The position numbers and the translations under genes are program-made. Positions 1 to 9,500 of a stretch of 64,000 nucleotides of DNA are shown here, one piece after another. The notes under the pieces were generated by a model. That model saw nothing but the letters and a program-made list of their open reading frames with translations, was not told the origin of the DNA and searched no databases. How positions within the stretch are numbered: position 1 is the first letter of the stretch; each line of letters opens with the position of its first letter. The stretch is from an uncultured Actinomycetota bacterium (GTDB lineage: Bacteria; Actinomycetota; Actinomycetes; Propionibacteriales; Propionibacteriaceae): NCBI GenBank assembly GCA_963723475.1, contig CAVRQV010000015.1, positions 102,263 through 166,262 on the forward strand. Direction: 5' to 3'.

Positions 1-242
1 TGCTTCGAGCGGCGGCGCCGCTTGGCGGCAAACCACTCGTCGTCCTGGCGTCGGCGCAGACCATCGATAACTTGCCGTTCTGGAAGGAAGCGCAAGAGAT
101 CATGACCGGTCTGTCGTCAAACAGCCGCCTGATCGTCGCCCCGAGCGGCCACGCTGTTCATTTCGAGCAGCCGGCATTGGTGCTTGAAAGCATCCGCCTG
201 GTCGTAGACGCCGCGCGTACAGGTCAGCCGTTGCAGACATAA
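1..242 (+). CDS. alpha/beta hydrolase, C-terminal part (5' truncated by window edge)
   Basis: Manual translation from nt 3: LRAAAPLGGKPLVVLASAQ...LSSNSRLIVAPSGHAVHFEQPALVLESIRLVV...QT*; SGH catalytic-His region typical of a/b hydrolase C-termini. Confidence 0.75.
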   Translation, partial: LRAAAPLGGKPLVVLASAQTIDNLPFWKEAQEIMTGLSSNSRLIVAPSGHAVHFEQPALVLESIRLVVDAARTGQPLQT

Positions 243-307
243 CCGCGGCGCGGCAGCAGCCAGTATCGATGGCGCTGGTGCGCGGCCTCGATCATCTCGA
301 CTCCGTG

Positions 308-360
308 TTGACACGGCCTACGCCTGAATGTACCGTACTAAGTACGACTTACTTAGTACG
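308..360 (+). promoter_or_regulatory. Housekeeping-type promoter overlapped by a palindromic operator
   Basis: TTGACA (308-313)-N17-TACCGT (331-336); perfect 11-bp inverted repeat CGTACTAAGTA-N5-TACTTAGTACG (334-360). Confidence 0.7.
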
Positions 361-380
361 AAACCTTGCCGGGAGTTGCC

Positions 381-971
381 ATGTCTGATCGAACTGTTGG
401 GCGCATCGTCGGTGCCCTCTTCCTTGCCGCTTTTGTCTGCTACGGCGTCGGTAGCGCCCTCGTCGACCGCCCCCTCGGCACGGCGCTGATGCTGCTCAAC
501 TCCGCCGTTGTGGCGATGATCGGGGTTCTGGTGTTTCGGGTGTTCCGCCGCCCGCACCCTCGAACCTCGGCGATCTACCTGATCGCCCGAGCCCTAGAGG
601 CCATCTTGCTCGCGGTCGGCGTCGTTCTCTTGGTCTCGATGGGATCAGCGGAGATCAATAGCCTGGCCTACCAGGTCGCCATGCTGATCCTCGGTGTCGG
701 CAGCGTGCTGTTCTGCCGCGCCCTGCTGCGGGACAAATTCGTGCCACGCTGGCTGGTCGTCTGGGGCATTGTGGGGTACGCCCTACTTGCGACTGGTGCG
801 CTGCTGGAGCTGATCGGCCTGGCTGTGGGTCTCGTGCTCGCGGTCCCCGGTGGGCTTTTCGAGGTCGCCCTCGGCCTGATCTTGATGGCCCGAGGCTTCC
901 CGGAACCCCTCGGCACACCGCCGGCGACTCAGCTGCGCGCGGCCGACGCTCGACTCGGTGCCGGCGCATGA
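381..971 (+). CDS. DUF4386-family membrane protein
   Basis: Multi-TM ORF with family-like segments (LMLLNSAVVAMIG, ARALEAILLAVG, VPGGLFEVALG). Confidence 0.7.
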   Translation: MSDRTVGRIVGALFLAAFVCYGVGSALVDRPLGTALMLLNSAVVAMIGVLVFRVFRRPHPRTSAIYLIARALEAILLAVGVVLLVSMGSAEINSLAYQVAMLILGVGSVLFCRALLRDKFVPRWLVVWGIVGYALLATGALLELIGLAVGLVLAVPGGLFEVALGLILMARGFPEPLGTPPATQLRAADARLGAGA

Positions 972-1774
972 GGACCATCACCACCCCGGCGCCGGCGTCA
1001 ATGCACCGGACCGGCCTGATCGCCGGCCTCGGCTTGCTGCTGATGGCCGTGCTCGCCGGCCTGGCCACCTTCGGCGTTCTGGAGCGGGTTGTCACGGAGG
1101 GCGACGCGTACCGCACGACTGGCGACATCCTGGAGGCGTTTGGCAGGTTCCGGCTCGCGATCCTCGCACTGTTCGGTGTCGCGGTCCTCGACGTAATCGT
1201 CGCCTGGGCGCTGTGGGTCTTCTTCGATCGCGTGCATCACGCTGCGGCGGTGCTGGCCGCCTGGTGTCGCGGGATCTACGCCGTGACGTTCGCCCTAGCG
1301 CTGTCACATCTCCTGGCAGCGGCTCGCCTGCTCAGCGACCGGGGATTACAGGGGTCAACCGACCGCCAACTCCAGCTCGAGGTGCTGGCCGAGATCCAGC
1401 AGTTCGAGGACATCTGGAGCTTCGGGCTGGGTCTGTTCGGGATCCACCTACTGCTGATCGGCTGGCTGGCATTTACCTCGGGCTTTGTCCCGCGATTCGT
1501 CGGTGTCCTGGTCGCCATCGCCGGCGCGGGCTACCTCATCGACAGCCTTGGCGGCCTGCTTGACGCGCCCTACGCCTTCGAACTCGCCTCTTTCACCTTC
1601 GTCGGCGAGGTCGTGTTGATGGTCTGGCTGCTGGTGTTCGCCGTGCGCGGGCCGCGCATGGTATTCGCCGTGCGCGGGCCGCGCAACGCATGCACCACCT
1701 TCGATGATCACCCGCTAGCGGGCGTCAGCGATGCGACGAGGATCCGTAGTAGCGACCGAGAAAGTCGATCTTGA
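968..1774 (+). CDS. DUF4386-family membrane protein
   Basis: ATGA overlap with the previous gene; VAVLDVIVAWALW, GLGLFGIHLLLIG, GEVVLMVWLL segments. Confidence 0.7.
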   Translation: MRTITTPAPASMHRTGLIAGLGLLLMAVLAGLATFGVLERVVTEGDAYRTTGDILEAFGRFRLAILALFGVAVLDVIVAWALWVFFDRVHHAAAVLAAWCRGIYAVTFALALSHLLAAARLLSDRGLQGSTDRQLQLEVLAEIQQFEDIWSFGLGLFGIHLLLIGWLAFTSGFVPRFVGVLVAIAGAGYLIDSLGGLLDAPYAFELASFTFVGEVVLMVWLLVFAVRGPRMVFAVRGPRNACTTFDDHPLAGVSDATRIRSSDRESRS

Positions 1775-3014
1775 AGTCGGAGAAGGTGCCGGCCTCGATG
1801 CTGGCGCGGATGTCATCGACCAGACCTACGATGAACCGCTCATTGTGGATGGTGCACAGCGTCGAGGCGAGCATCTCCTTAGCCTTGAACAGGTGATGCA
1901 GGTACGCCTGGGTGTAACGCGCGCAGGTGTAGCAATCGCAGTCTTCGTCAATCGGTGAGAAGGTGCGCCTGGAGGCTGCAGTGTTGACATTGAACCGTCC
2001 GCGGTTGGTGTAGACAGCGGCATTGCGCGCGACCCGGGAGGGCGCGACGCAGTCGAAGGTATCGACACCGTTCTCGATCGCAGTGAACACATCATTGGGT
2101 TCGGAGATGCCTAGCAGATGCCGAGGCCTGTTTTCTGGTAGCTCCTCACACACCCAGCGCACAATCGTGCCGAGATTCCGCTTCTCCAGCGCACCGCCGA
2201 TGCCGTAGCCGTCGAACTCCGAGCCGTCGATCATCAGCGACACAAGATCACGAGCCGCCCGGCGGCGCAGGTCCTCGTACTGTGCTCCCTGCACCACGGC
2301 GAACAAGGCTTGATTGTGCCGTGGTTCGCCGTCCCCCATCAGGCGCTGGTGTTCGGCGAGGCAGCGGGCGGCCCACAGGTGGGTCCGGGCGACCGAGCGC
2401 TCCTGGTAGTCCCGGGTGTTCAGTAACGTGGTGCACTCGTCAAGGGCGAAGATGATATCTGCGCCCAGCTGGTGCTGGATCTGCATGGAAATCTCCGGCG
2501 TGAAGCGATGTTGCGATCCGTCCAGATGCGAGGTGAAGGTCACTCCGTCTTCGTCGACCTGAGCGAGCCGGGTCTTGCCGGCGGCGATCACATCGTCGTC
2601 CTCAAGGCCATCGACGTCCATGGCGAGCATCTTTTTGAAACCGACGCCGAGCGACATCACCTGAAAGCCACCGCTGTCGGTAAAGGTCGGTCCCGGCCAG
2701 TTCATAAAGTGGCCCAGGCCGCCAGCAGCATTGATCAGGTCTGCGCCGGGCTGCAGGTAGAGGTGGTAGGCGTTCGCGAGCACAGCCTGCGCTCCAAGTG
2801 CCGCCACGCTCTCGGGAAGCACGGCCTTGACCGTGGCTTTGGTCCCTACGGCGACGAAAGCCGGCGTCCTGATCGTGCCGTGCGGGGTCGTGATCACTCC
2901 GGAGCGGCCGAGGCCGCCCGGCAGCGACGTGTTGGGAACAAAGCCGAACGACGCGTCGCTAGGCTCCGGCTCAGGCAGCAGGCCGGCGGATCGGTCCGCG
3001 AGGTCAGGGTGCAC
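1725..3014 (-). CDS. tgt: tRNA-guanine transglycosylase (queuine tRNA-ribosyltransferase)
   Basis: TPHGTIRTPAF, LANAYHL, TDSGGFQVMSL, DECT, VVQG, zinc site CDCYTC...HN. Confidence 0.95.
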   Translation of the reverse strand: MHPDLADRSAGLLPEPEPSDASFGFVPNTSLPGGLGRSGVITTPHGTIRTPAFVAVGTKATVKAVLPESVAALGAQAVLANAYHLYLQPGADLINAAGGLGHFMNWPGPTFTDSGGFQVMSLGVGFKKMLAMDVDGLEDDDVIAAGKTRLAQVDEDGVTFTSHLDGSQHRFTPEISMQIQHQLGADIIFALDECTTLLNTRDYQERSVARTHLWAARCLAEHQRLMGDGEPRHNQALFAVVQGAQYEDLRRRAARDLVSLMIDGSEFDGYGIGGALEKRNLGTIVRWVCEELPENRPRHLLGISEPNDVFTAIENGVDTFDCVAPSRVARNAAVYTNRGRFNVNTAASRRTFSPIDEDCDCYTCARYTQAYLHHLFKAKEMLASTLCTIHNERFIVGLVDDIRASIEAGTFSDFKIDFLGRYYGSSSHR

Positions 3015-3756
3015 TGACAGGCCCCCGGCGTAGCTTCAGTGCAGCAAGCGCGACGACGCCCGCGGTAGATGTGCGCAGCACTCCGTCGCTGATCGACACC
3101 GGCCGCGCGCCGGCCCGGGTCAGCTCACCTAGTTCGTCGCCAGAAATCCCACCCTCAGGACCGATGATGATCAAGACCGTGCCGGCAGCCGGAAGATCAA
3201 CTTGGGCGATGGACTCATCGGCTTCCTCGTGCAGCAGCAAAGCGAGGTCAGCCTTCGCTACCCGCTGGGCGAGCCGCCGAGTCGTCGCCGGCTCCGACAC
3301 CTGCGGCACGCTGAGCCGACGCGACTGCTTGGCGGCTTCGCGTACTGACGAACGCCACCGGGTCAAGGACCGGACGGCTCGCTCCTCCGACCAACGCACG
3401 ATCGAGCGGGAGGCCTGCCAGGGCACGATCTCGCTGACCCCTATCTCGGTCATCATCTCGACTGCCAGCTCAGATCTGTCGCCTTTGGCCAGCGCCTGTG
3501 CAGCAACCAGGCGCCGCGGCTCGTCAGGCATCGTGAGATGAGCGGCGACTTCGACGACCAGCTGTGACGGGCGTGCCTCGACCACCAAGCCGCGTACCCC
3601 GCGTCCTCGCCCGTCACCGATCATGATCATCTCGCCCGGCCGGATCCGCCGCACGACTGCGGCGTGCCTCCCCTCATCTCCGGAAAGCGGGAGGTGACTG
3701 CCCACCATCGGCAGCGGATCAGTGAGGTCATCCAACAGGAAGAGTGGGTCTGTCAT
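3004..3756 (-). CDS. rsmE: 16S rRNA (uracil1498-N3)-methyltransferase
   Basis: HAAVVRR, EAAKQSRR, IIGPEGG, LRTSTAG SPOUT motifs; follows dnaJ. Confidence 0.95.
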   Translation of the reverse strand: MTDPLFLLDDLTDPLPMVGSHLPLSGDEGRHAAVVRRIRPGEMIMIGDGRGRGVRGLVVEARPSQLVVEVAAHLTMPDEPRRLVAAQALAKGDRSELAVEMMTEIGVSEIVPWQASRSIVRWSEERAVRSLTRWRSSVREAAKQSRRLSVPQVSEPATTRRLAQRVAKADLALLLHEEADESIAQVDLPAAGTVLIIIGPEGGISGDELGELTRAGARPVSISDGVLRTSTAGVVALAALKLRRGPVSAP

Positions 3757-3784
3757 GCACGACACCTGCTGGGCTCAGGCCGCC

Positions 3785-4951
3785 TCACTGGCCGGCGAAC
3801 GCGTCCCGCAGCCGGCCAAAAACGCCGCGGCTGTGCTTCTGCACGGTGACCTCGGGCCTAGTCTCGTCCCGGAGTTCGGCCAACTGGCGGAGCAGATCCC
3901 GCTGTTCGTCGTCGATCCGCGTCGGAGTCTGCACAAGTAGGGTGACCCCGAGCTGCCCACGTCCGCTTCCTCGCAACCGCGAAACGCCCTTGCCATCGAT
4001 CGGGATGCGGGTGCCGGACTGCGTCCCGGACGGGACCGTAACCCGGACGGCTCTGGCTTCCGGCGAGGAGTCCTCCAGGTCGGCCTCGAGTGTCGCCACC
4101 ATGACCTCGGTACCCAGCGATGCAGCGGTCATCGGAATCTTGACCACGACCTCAAGATCATCCCCTTCGCGACGGAACACCTCATGCGGCAGGACCTGGA
4201 GTTCGACGTAGAGGTCCCCGGCCGGACCGCCGCCCGCGCCGACCTCGCCCTGGGAGGAGAGGTGAATGCGATTCCCCGTGCTTACCCCGGCCGGAATCTT
4301 GACGTTGATAGTGCGGGTGGCGCGGACCCGGCCGTCCCCGGAGCATTCCATGCAGGGCTCCGGAATGACTGTGCCGTAGCCGTGGCAGGTGGGGCAGGGC
4401 TGGGTGGTCCGGATATCGCCGATGAAGGATCGCTGAACATGGGTGACATCCCCCTGACCGTGGCAGGTCGAACACCTGACGGGCCGGGAGCCCTCTGATG
4501 CGCCCGAGCCGTTGCAGCGCGGGCAGAGTACGGCGGTATCCACCCGCAGCGGCTTCGTGGTACCGAAGGCGGCTTCGGCAAGCTCCAGATCGAGGCGGAC
4601 CAAGGCGTCCTGACCGCGCCGTACCCGCGACCGCGGGCCGCGCGAGGTCTGCTGGCCAAACATCGCATCCACCAGGTTGCTGAAGTCGAACCCACCTTGG
4701 CCAAAGCCACCGTTGAATCCGCCAAAACCACCACCACCCAGCGGGTCGCCGCCACGGTCGTAGAGGTCACGCTTCTTGGGGTCCTGCAGCACCTCGTACG
4801 CCTCGGCGACACCCTTGAACCGCTCAGCCGCATCCGCCTCTTGTGCCACGTCAGGATGCAGCTTCATCGCAAGTTGGCGGTACGCCTTCTTGATCTGCTC
4901 AGGTGTTGCATCGCGCGGGACGCCCAGGGTCTCGTAGTAGTCAGGGCTCAT
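3785..4951 (-). CDS. dnaJ: Molecular chaperone DnaJ
   Basis: J domain with HPD, G/F region, four CxxCxGxG zinc-finger repeats. Confidence 0.97.
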   Translation of the reverse strand: MSPDYYETLGVPRDATPEQIKKAYRQLAMKLHPDVAQEADAAERFKGVAEAYEVLQDPKKRDLYDRGGDPLGGGGFGGFNGGFGQGGFDFSNLVDAMFGQQTSRGPRSRVRRGQDALVRLDLELAEAAFGTTKPLRVDTAVLCPRCNGSGASEGSRPVRCSTCHGQGDVTHVQRSFIGDIRTTQPCPTCHGYGTVIPEPCMECSGDGRVRATRTINVKIPAGVSTGNRIHLSSQGEVGAGGGPAGDLYVELQVLPHEVFRREGDDLEVVVKIPMTAASLGTEVMVATLEADLEDSSPEARAVRVTVPSGTQSGTRIPIDGKGVSRLRGSGRGQLGVTLLVQTPTRIDDEQRDLLRQLAELRDETRPEVTVQKHSRGVFGRLRDAFAGQ

Positions 4952-4962
4952 GCCAGTTCTTC

Positions 4963-5973
4963 TCATCCTTCTGAGAGGAATCGGCCGACATAGCGGGCAA
5001 CTGCGCGGACCGAGGCCATCGTGGATGGATAATCCATCCGGGTCGGCCCGATCACTCCCAGAGTCGCGAACGTGTCGACCGGACTACCGTAACCGCTAGC
5101 GACGACCGAGGTTGACTGCAGCTCCTTATATGGATTCTCCTGCCCAATGCGGACCGTCACCTGATCAGCACTAGCCTCGCCAAGCAGCTTGAGTAGGACC
5201 ACCTGCTCCTCCAGTGCCTCCAACATCGGCTTGACGGCGGTCTCGAACTCAGCGCCGTAACGGGTCAGATTGGGCATCCCGCCGACCACCATCCTCCCTG
5301 ACGCCTCGCTGCTCACCATCTCTAGGAGCGTCGCGATCGCGGCCTGGCCGATCACCTGCAGTGACGGCGGCAGCGTTCCGCTGAGCTTGCTCAACCGAAC
5401 TGCGGCTCCCGGTGAGGTATTCCCGACCGTGGCTGCATTGAGATGTGCCCGCAGTTCGGCAAGCGTTTCGTCGTCGTGCTCCGGAATCTCGAGCGCGCGT
5501 TGCTCGATTCGTCCGGTAGATGTAATGAGGATGAGCAGCAGACGAGACGGCGACATCGACACGATCTCGACATGACGGACGACGGAGTGGCTGAGCGTCG
5601 GATACTGCACGATCGCCACCTGCTGGGTGACCTGCGACAGCAACCTGACCGTCCGCAGCAGGATGTCATCCAGATCAAGCGCTCCCGAGAGAAAGGTCTG
5701 GATCGCGCGTTGCTCGGCCGCGGACAGCGGTTGGAGCGACCCCAGTCGGTCGACGAACAGCCGGTAGCCCTTATCGGTTGGGATGCGGCCGGCACTGGTG
5801 TGCGGCTGGGTGATGTAGCCCTCTTCCTCGAGCGCAGCCATGTCGTTACGAACTGTTGCCGGCGACACGCCGAGGTCGTGACGTTCGACCAGCGACTTCG
5901 ACCCCACGGGCTCCTGGCTTGAGACGTAGTCGGTGACGATGGCTCGGAGCACTTCGAGTTTGCGGTCGTCCAT
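4963..5973 (-). CDS. hrcA: Heat-inducible transcription repressor HrcA
   Basis: [47 protein letters not shown]. Confidence 0.97.
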   Translation of the reverse strand: MDDRKLEVLRAIVTDYVSSQEPVGSKSLVERHDLGVSPATVRNDMAALEEEGYITQPHTSAGRIPTDKGYRLFVDRLGSLQPLSAAEQRAIQTFLSGALDLDDILLRTVRLLSQVTQQVAIVQYPTLSHSVVRHVEIVSMSPSRLLLILITSTGRIEQRALEIPEHDDETLAELRAHLNAATVGNTSPGAAVRLSKLSGTLPPSLQVIGQAAIATLLEMVSSEASGRMVVGGMPNLTRYGAEFETAVKPMLEALEEQVVLLKLLGEASADQVTVRIGQENPYKELQSTSVVASGYGSPVDTFATLGVIGPTRMDYPSTMASVRAVARYVGRFLSEG

Positions 5974-6030
5974 GCGTCTCCTTCCTAACGTCCCTGCCGG
6001 GGTTTGGTGACTTGCGGCGCGTTACTGGGG

Positions 6031-6057
6031 TTGGCACTCGCACAAACAGAGTGCCAG
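6031..6057. promoter_or_regulatory. CIRCE element (HrcA operator)
   Basis: TTGGCACTC-N9-GAGTGCCAG matches the CIRCE consensus TTAGCACTC-N9-GAGTGCTAA; lies directly upstream of hrcA. Confidence 0.9.
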
Positions 6058-6066
6058 TCTAGCGTG

Positions 6067-6816
6067 ATGACCGAGCCGCCATCGGTGGTCGAAGCGGCCG
6101 CGACGCCCGCGCTCGGGCCCTGGCGTGAGCTGCGATCAGGCGTGTATGTGGCGGTGGCAGAGCCCGAGTCGGTGAACCTCGGGCTCATTGTTGGGTCGCG
6201 GCGGGCGCTGCTGGTGGACACCGGGTCGACCCCCGGGCAGGGCCGGCTAGTTCGCGCGTCCCTCGCCGCTGTGACGGAGCTGCCGCTGACTGCCGTCGTG
6301 GTCACGCACTGGCATTTCGACCACGCATTCGGGCTGGCTGCATTTGCCGACCTTCCACGAATCGCCCATGAGTCGGTGCACCTCAGGCTCATGTCCGCCG
6401 AAGCGGCAGCGGACGCAGCGCGGCTGGGCGTGGACCATCAAGAGCTCGGACAGCCGAACGTGGAGATAGCGGTCGCAACGGCATTCGACCTGGGTGACCG
6501 GCGGGTGGAGACCGCGCACCTCGGCCGGGGGCATACCGACGGAGATCTCGTTGTCGTGGTACCCGACGCCGACGTGCTGTTTGCCGGGGACTTGCTGGAG
6601 TCGGCTGGGCCACCGTCGTTCGGCCCCGACTCGGTTCCAGATGAGTGGCCTGCCACTCTGGATGCGGTGATCGGGCTGATGACCGCGACGACACTCGCGG
6701 TTCCAGGCCACGGCGAACCGGTGGGCCGAGAGTTCGTCTTCGAGCAGCGCGGCTGGATAGCGGCCCAGGCAGCCAAGACGCATCAACCACCTCGGCCGAC
6801 GCTCCCACTGGCCTGA
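6067..6816 (+). CDS. MBL-fold metallo-hydrolase
   Basis: VDTG, THWHFDHAFG (HxHxDH), GHTDGD, FAGDL, PGHG. Confidence 0.9.
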   Translation: MTEPPSVVEAAATPALGPWRELRSGVYVAVAEPESVNLGLIVGSRRALLVDTGSTPGQGRLVRASLAAVTELPLTAVVVTHWHFDHAFGLAAFADLPRIAHESVHLRLMSAEAAADAARLGVDHQELGQPNVEIAVATAFDLGDRRVETAHLGRGHTDGDLVVVVPDADVLFAGDLLESAGPPSFGPDSVPDEWPATLDAVIGLMTATTLAVPGHGEPVGREFVFEQRGWIAAQAAKTHQPPRPTLPLA

Positions 6817-6847
6817 CACCGCCGACTTGTCGGTGGACTTACGGCGT

Positions 6848-7501
6848 TCAGCGCACCAGGCCGGACTGGTAGGCGATCACCACCAGTTGTGCCCGGTCGC
6901 GAGCCCGCAGTTTGATCATGGCGCGGCTTACGTGGGTACGCGCCGTCGCTCGGCTCACCACCAATCGCTGGGCGATCTCGTCGTTGCTCAGCCCCTCACC
7001 GATCAATGCAAGTACCTCGCGCTCACGGTCGGTCAGTTCCGACAGCTGCGGATGCTTCTTGAGGATTGGTGATCTTGATGCGAACGATTCGATGACCCGG
7101 CGGGTCACCGACGGTGACAACAGGGACTCCCCCGCAGCAACCAGCCGGATGGCCCGCAACATGTCGGCCGGCTCGGTGTCTTTGATCAGAAAGCCGGCGG
7201 CACCTGCCTGCAGCGCCTCGAAGACGTACTCATCGAGCTCGAAGGTGGTGAGCATGATCACCCGCACGCCGGCAAGCGTTGTGTCACCCGCGATCATCCG
7301 CAAGGCGGCAATCCCGTCGAGCCGTGGCATCCTGATATCCATCAAGATCACGTCCGGTCGGGTGCGCCGCACCAGGTCAACGGCCCCTTGGCCGTCTTCG
7401 GCCTCGCCCGCCAGCTCAAGATCATCTTCGGACTCGATCAGTACCCGCAGGCCCATCCGCACCAAAGCCTGGTCATCAGCGAGGGCGACGGAGATGGTCA
7501 C
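6848..7501 (-). CDS. NarL/LuxR-family response regulator
   Basis: REC domain (LADDQ, MDIRMP, LTTF) plus LTDREREVL HTH. Confidence 0.93.
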   Translation of the reverse strand: MTISVALADDQALVRMGLRVLIESEDDLELAGEAEDGQGAVDLVRRTRPDVILMDIRMPRLDGIAALRMIAGDTTLAGVRVIMLTTFELDEYVFEALQAGAAGFLIKDTEPADMLRAIRLVAAGESLLSPSVTRRVIESFASRSPILKKHPQLSELTDREREVLALIGEGLSNDEIAQRLVVSRATARTHVSRAMIKLRARDRAQLVVIAYQSGLVR

Positions 7502-8757
7502 CGAGCTTCCCCTTCCGCCAGCGGCAAGTCGGCTTGTACGACCAGCCCGCTGGGCTGGCGTACCGTCACTCGAACGGTGCCGCCCACCGCTCGGGCACGC
7601 TCACGCATGCCACGGATTCCATTCCCGTCGGGAGGCACACTGACCGCGGGTCCATCGTCGCTCACCTCGACAGTCAACATCCCGGCCTGGCGCGTCACGC
7701 GCACGTTGGCGTGCGCCGCCGGGCCATGCCGGACGATGTTGGTGAGCGACTCCTGGATGATCCGAAAAGCCGCCTGGTCGACGGCCGCGGGGAGCTCCTG
7801 AAGATCATCATCGGAGGGCTCACGGACCAGGGTCACCTCCCGGCCTGCCGACCTCAGCCCGTCCGCCAGGTCGTCGAGTCGAGCCAATCCGGGCAGCGGA
7901 CTCCGCGGCTCCTCAGAGTCGGTTCGGAAGATCTCGAGTGTGGTCCGAAGCTCCGCCAGCGCCTCGCGGCTGGTCTTCTTGATCGCCTCGAGAGAGGAGG
8001 CCACCTGATCGGGACGCGGGTGGGCGGTCCGCTCCTTGTCCAGCAGATGAAGCGCCACGCCGGCCTGCATGGTGATCACGGCAAGGCTGTGGCCGACCAC
8101 GTCATGCACGTCGCGGGCGATCCGGAGCCGTTCCTCGTAGGCGTAGCGCCGGCGCTCCTGCTCACGGACCTCTCGTTCGCTCTCTCGGCGACCGCGCACC
8201 AGCAATGCGATCATGGCCGGGACAACCGCAATCGCGATCACGCTCAGCAAGCCGGCGTAGAAGGCCGGATCGAGCAGGCCCACGTACGACTCCTGCCAGT
8301 AGCCGGCCATGATCATCGGCACCAGCAGTACGAGCAGCGGCGCCCAGCTGCGCAGCGGCGGCATCGCTGGCCGGGAGGCGCCTGCGGGTGCCTGGTCTGT
8401 GAGGATCGACCCGCCACCCGCCATTGAATACACCGCTAGCGCAGGCGCCAGAAAGATCGGAGCGAACGTCGACCCGGTCGCCAGATAGCTGCCCACCCCA
8501 ATGACTGTCGCCACGAAGGCTGCACGCGGCCAAAGTCGCCGGGTGGCTACTCCTAGTGCCACAAGGATCACCGCGGGAAGCACCCAAGGGGAGGGATCAA
8601 GGATGTTGACCATGTGGCGAGGTGGCCCGTGACGCCATTCCGGTCGGCTGAACTCCGAACGTCCCCAGGCATAGAACGAGGCCATCCAGCTTGTTATCCC
8701 TAATGCCAACCCGATGGCGGAGTCGATGAGGAGCGCACGCCGGGCCTCGACCCGCAT
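7498..8757 (-). CDS. Membrane sensor histidine kinase (HisKA_3 type)
   Basis: ERLRIARDVHDVVGHSL, QESLTNIVRH, VSDDG, GNGIRGMRERA; N-terminal TM segments. Confidence 0.92.
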   Translation of the reverse strand: MRVEARRALLIDSAIGLALGITSWMASFYAWGRSEFSRPEWRHGPPRHMVNILDPSPWVLPAVILVALGVATRRLWPRAAFVATVIGVGSYLATGSTFAPIFLAPALAVYSMAGGGSILTDQAPAGASRPAMPPLRSWAPLLVLLVPMIMAGYWQESYVGLLDPAFYAGLLSVIAIAVVPAMIALLVRGRRESEREVREQERRRYAYEERLRIARDVHDVVGHSLAVITMQAGVALHLLDKERTAHPRPDQVASSLEAIKKTSREALAELRTTLEIFRTDSEEPRSPLPGLARLDDLADGLRSAGREVTLVREPSDDDLQELPAAVDQAAFRIIQESLTNIVRHGPAAHANVRVTRQAGMLTVEVSDDGPAVSVPPDGNGIRGMRERARAVGGTVRVTVRQPSGLVVQADLPLAEGEAR

Positions 8758-8985
8758 GGTGCCCTCCTCGTCTAGCTGCTTGCGCATCGCGCTCTGAACT
8801 CGCAGCTGTGGATCTTGTGGTGCAGCTGATCAGCTCGATCGCCGATGCGGTCGTTTTGACACTAGACCGGCCGCTCGGGCTGCACATCGGGCGACCGCCG
8901 TATCCCGGCTACGTCAGGGAGCGTAGTCAAAGAGCCGCTTTTCAGCCGATGTAGGCAAGAAGCGTTCCAGCACACAATGGGATCC

Positions 8986-9372
8986 ATGACGACCCCACTA
9001 CTCATCCCGCTGGAGGGCGGCTTCCGTCATCATCATCATCACGGCCCTCCCTGGGGGGCGGACGAGGCCCCCGCAACATTCGCCAGCGGCGCAGTGCCGC
9101 CCTTCGCACCTTTCTTAGGAGCTGCCATGTTCTTCTTGTTCTTGCTGCTCGTACTGGGCACCTTGTTGTTCTTCCTCGTTCGGAACGGGTACCTCGGGTC
9201 CTCGGCATTGGCCACCAAAACCTCACCCGAGGCTGAGGCAAAACGCATCCTGGCCGAGCGGTTCGCACGCGGCGACATCACCAGCGACGAATTCATGGAG
9301 CGCGCCAGCATCTTGAACTGGACTCCGGGAAGCGATTCCTGGGAGGACAGGAAGGGCAAGAAGCGCCGCTGA
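8986..9372 (+). CDS. SHOCT-domain membrane protein with N-terminal His5 tract
   Basis: One TM helix followed by AKRILAERFARGDITSDEF (SHOCT); divergent from the two-component system. Confidence 0.8.
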   Translation: MTTPLLIPLEGGFRHHHHHGPPWGADEAPATFASGAVPPFAPFLGAAMFFLFLLLVLGTLLFFLVRNGYLGSSALATKTSPEAEAKRILAERFARGDITSDEFMERASILNWTPGSDSWEDRKGKKRR

Positions 9373-9400
9373 ATAATGGGCCGAGGCGCCACCAAGATCC

Positions 9401-9451
9401 GAGTTGTCAGCGTCCCAGAGGGCTATGACCCCCCGAGACGCTGACAAACTC
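9401..9451 (+). terminator. Stem-loop downstream of the SHOCT gene
   Basis: TTGTCAGCGTC ... GACGCTGACAA inverted repeat; no U-tract. Confidence 0.5.
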
Positions 9452-9454
9452 CGA

Positions 9455-9476
9455 TAGGCTGACTAGAACGATTCAG
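9455..9476 (+). promoter_or_regulatory. Putative -10 element plus LacI-type operator
   Basis: TAGGCT (9455-9460) followed by the imperfect CG-centred palindrome CTAGAACGATTCAG, upstream of the LacI gene. Confidence 0.45.
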
Positions 9477-9500
9477 CAGGTGGAGCAAGGCGAGGCATGA

